From a virus, in IMG/VR virus record IMGVR_UViG_3300028920_000005, positions 1-64,000 of that record: 64,000 nucleotides of DNA; one strand, written 5' to 3'. Below, piece after piece: positions 63,995 to 64,000 of the stretch (its first letter is position 1; each line of letters begins with the position of its first letter). The translations under genes and the position numbers were made by a program. Under the pieces are notes generated by a model. It was not told where the DNA came from. It made no database searches and saw nothing but the letters and a program-made list of their open reading frames with translations.

Positions 63995-64000
63995 GCACCT

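Noticed and set aside
1-64000. Temperate lifestyle or mobile-element boundaries (integrase, att sites, transposases)
   Set aside because: I found no integrase, recombinase or transposase motifs and no obvious att-like direct repeats at composition boundaries. Lysogeny therefore cannot be claimed from this window, despite the operator-rich control region.

Overview
This 64-kb window reads as part of a tailed dsDNA virus or prophage with a contractile tail (Caudoviricetes). It has four blocks. (1) 1-12.5 kb, minus strand: about 30 small early-type genes. These include many CxxC zinc-ribbon mini-proteins, wHTH proteins, a class I SAM methyltransferase, a compact ThiF/E1-like enzyme, a 71-aa protein ending in Gly-Gly, and a DJ-1/PfpI protein. 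(2) 12.5-17.4 kb: a largely non-coding control region with several unrelated classes of direct and inverted repeats, four small wHTH genes and an AT-rich island. (3) 17.4-53.0 kb, plus strand: the packaging, virion and lysis module. It runs TerS-like, a beta-helix fibre cassette, TerL, portal, a DpdA-like transglycosylase fusion, and a 1120-aa multi-enzyme polyprotein ending in an HK97-type prohead protease. It continues with scaffold, major capsid protein, sheath, tube, a chaperone with a -1 frameshift, tape measure, baseplate, a second fibre, a peptidase and a holin-like protein. (4) 53.3-64 kb, minus strand: nucleotide metabolism and DNA modification (QueC, FolE2, QueE, QueD, family-4 UDG, Cas4-like nuclease, HD, MazG-like, class II RNR, dimeric dUTPase). 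Sense strands are strongly purine-rich, so most antisense ORFs in the supplied track are artefacts. I found no rRNA, tRNA, CRISPR array, integrase or transposase. The host is unknown; several features fit an archaeal and/or thermophilic host but do not prove one. They are the zinc-ribbon and wHTH load, TATA-like boxes about 25 nt before first genes with GGAGGTG sites before internal genes, FolE2, a Cas4-like nuclease and purine loading. The most unusual items are the candidate Ubl(GG)/E1 pair, the prohead-protease-tethered enzyme polyprotein, the DpdA-like fusion in the head module, and the multi-repeat control region. All functional calls rest on motifs read by eye, and no database search was run.
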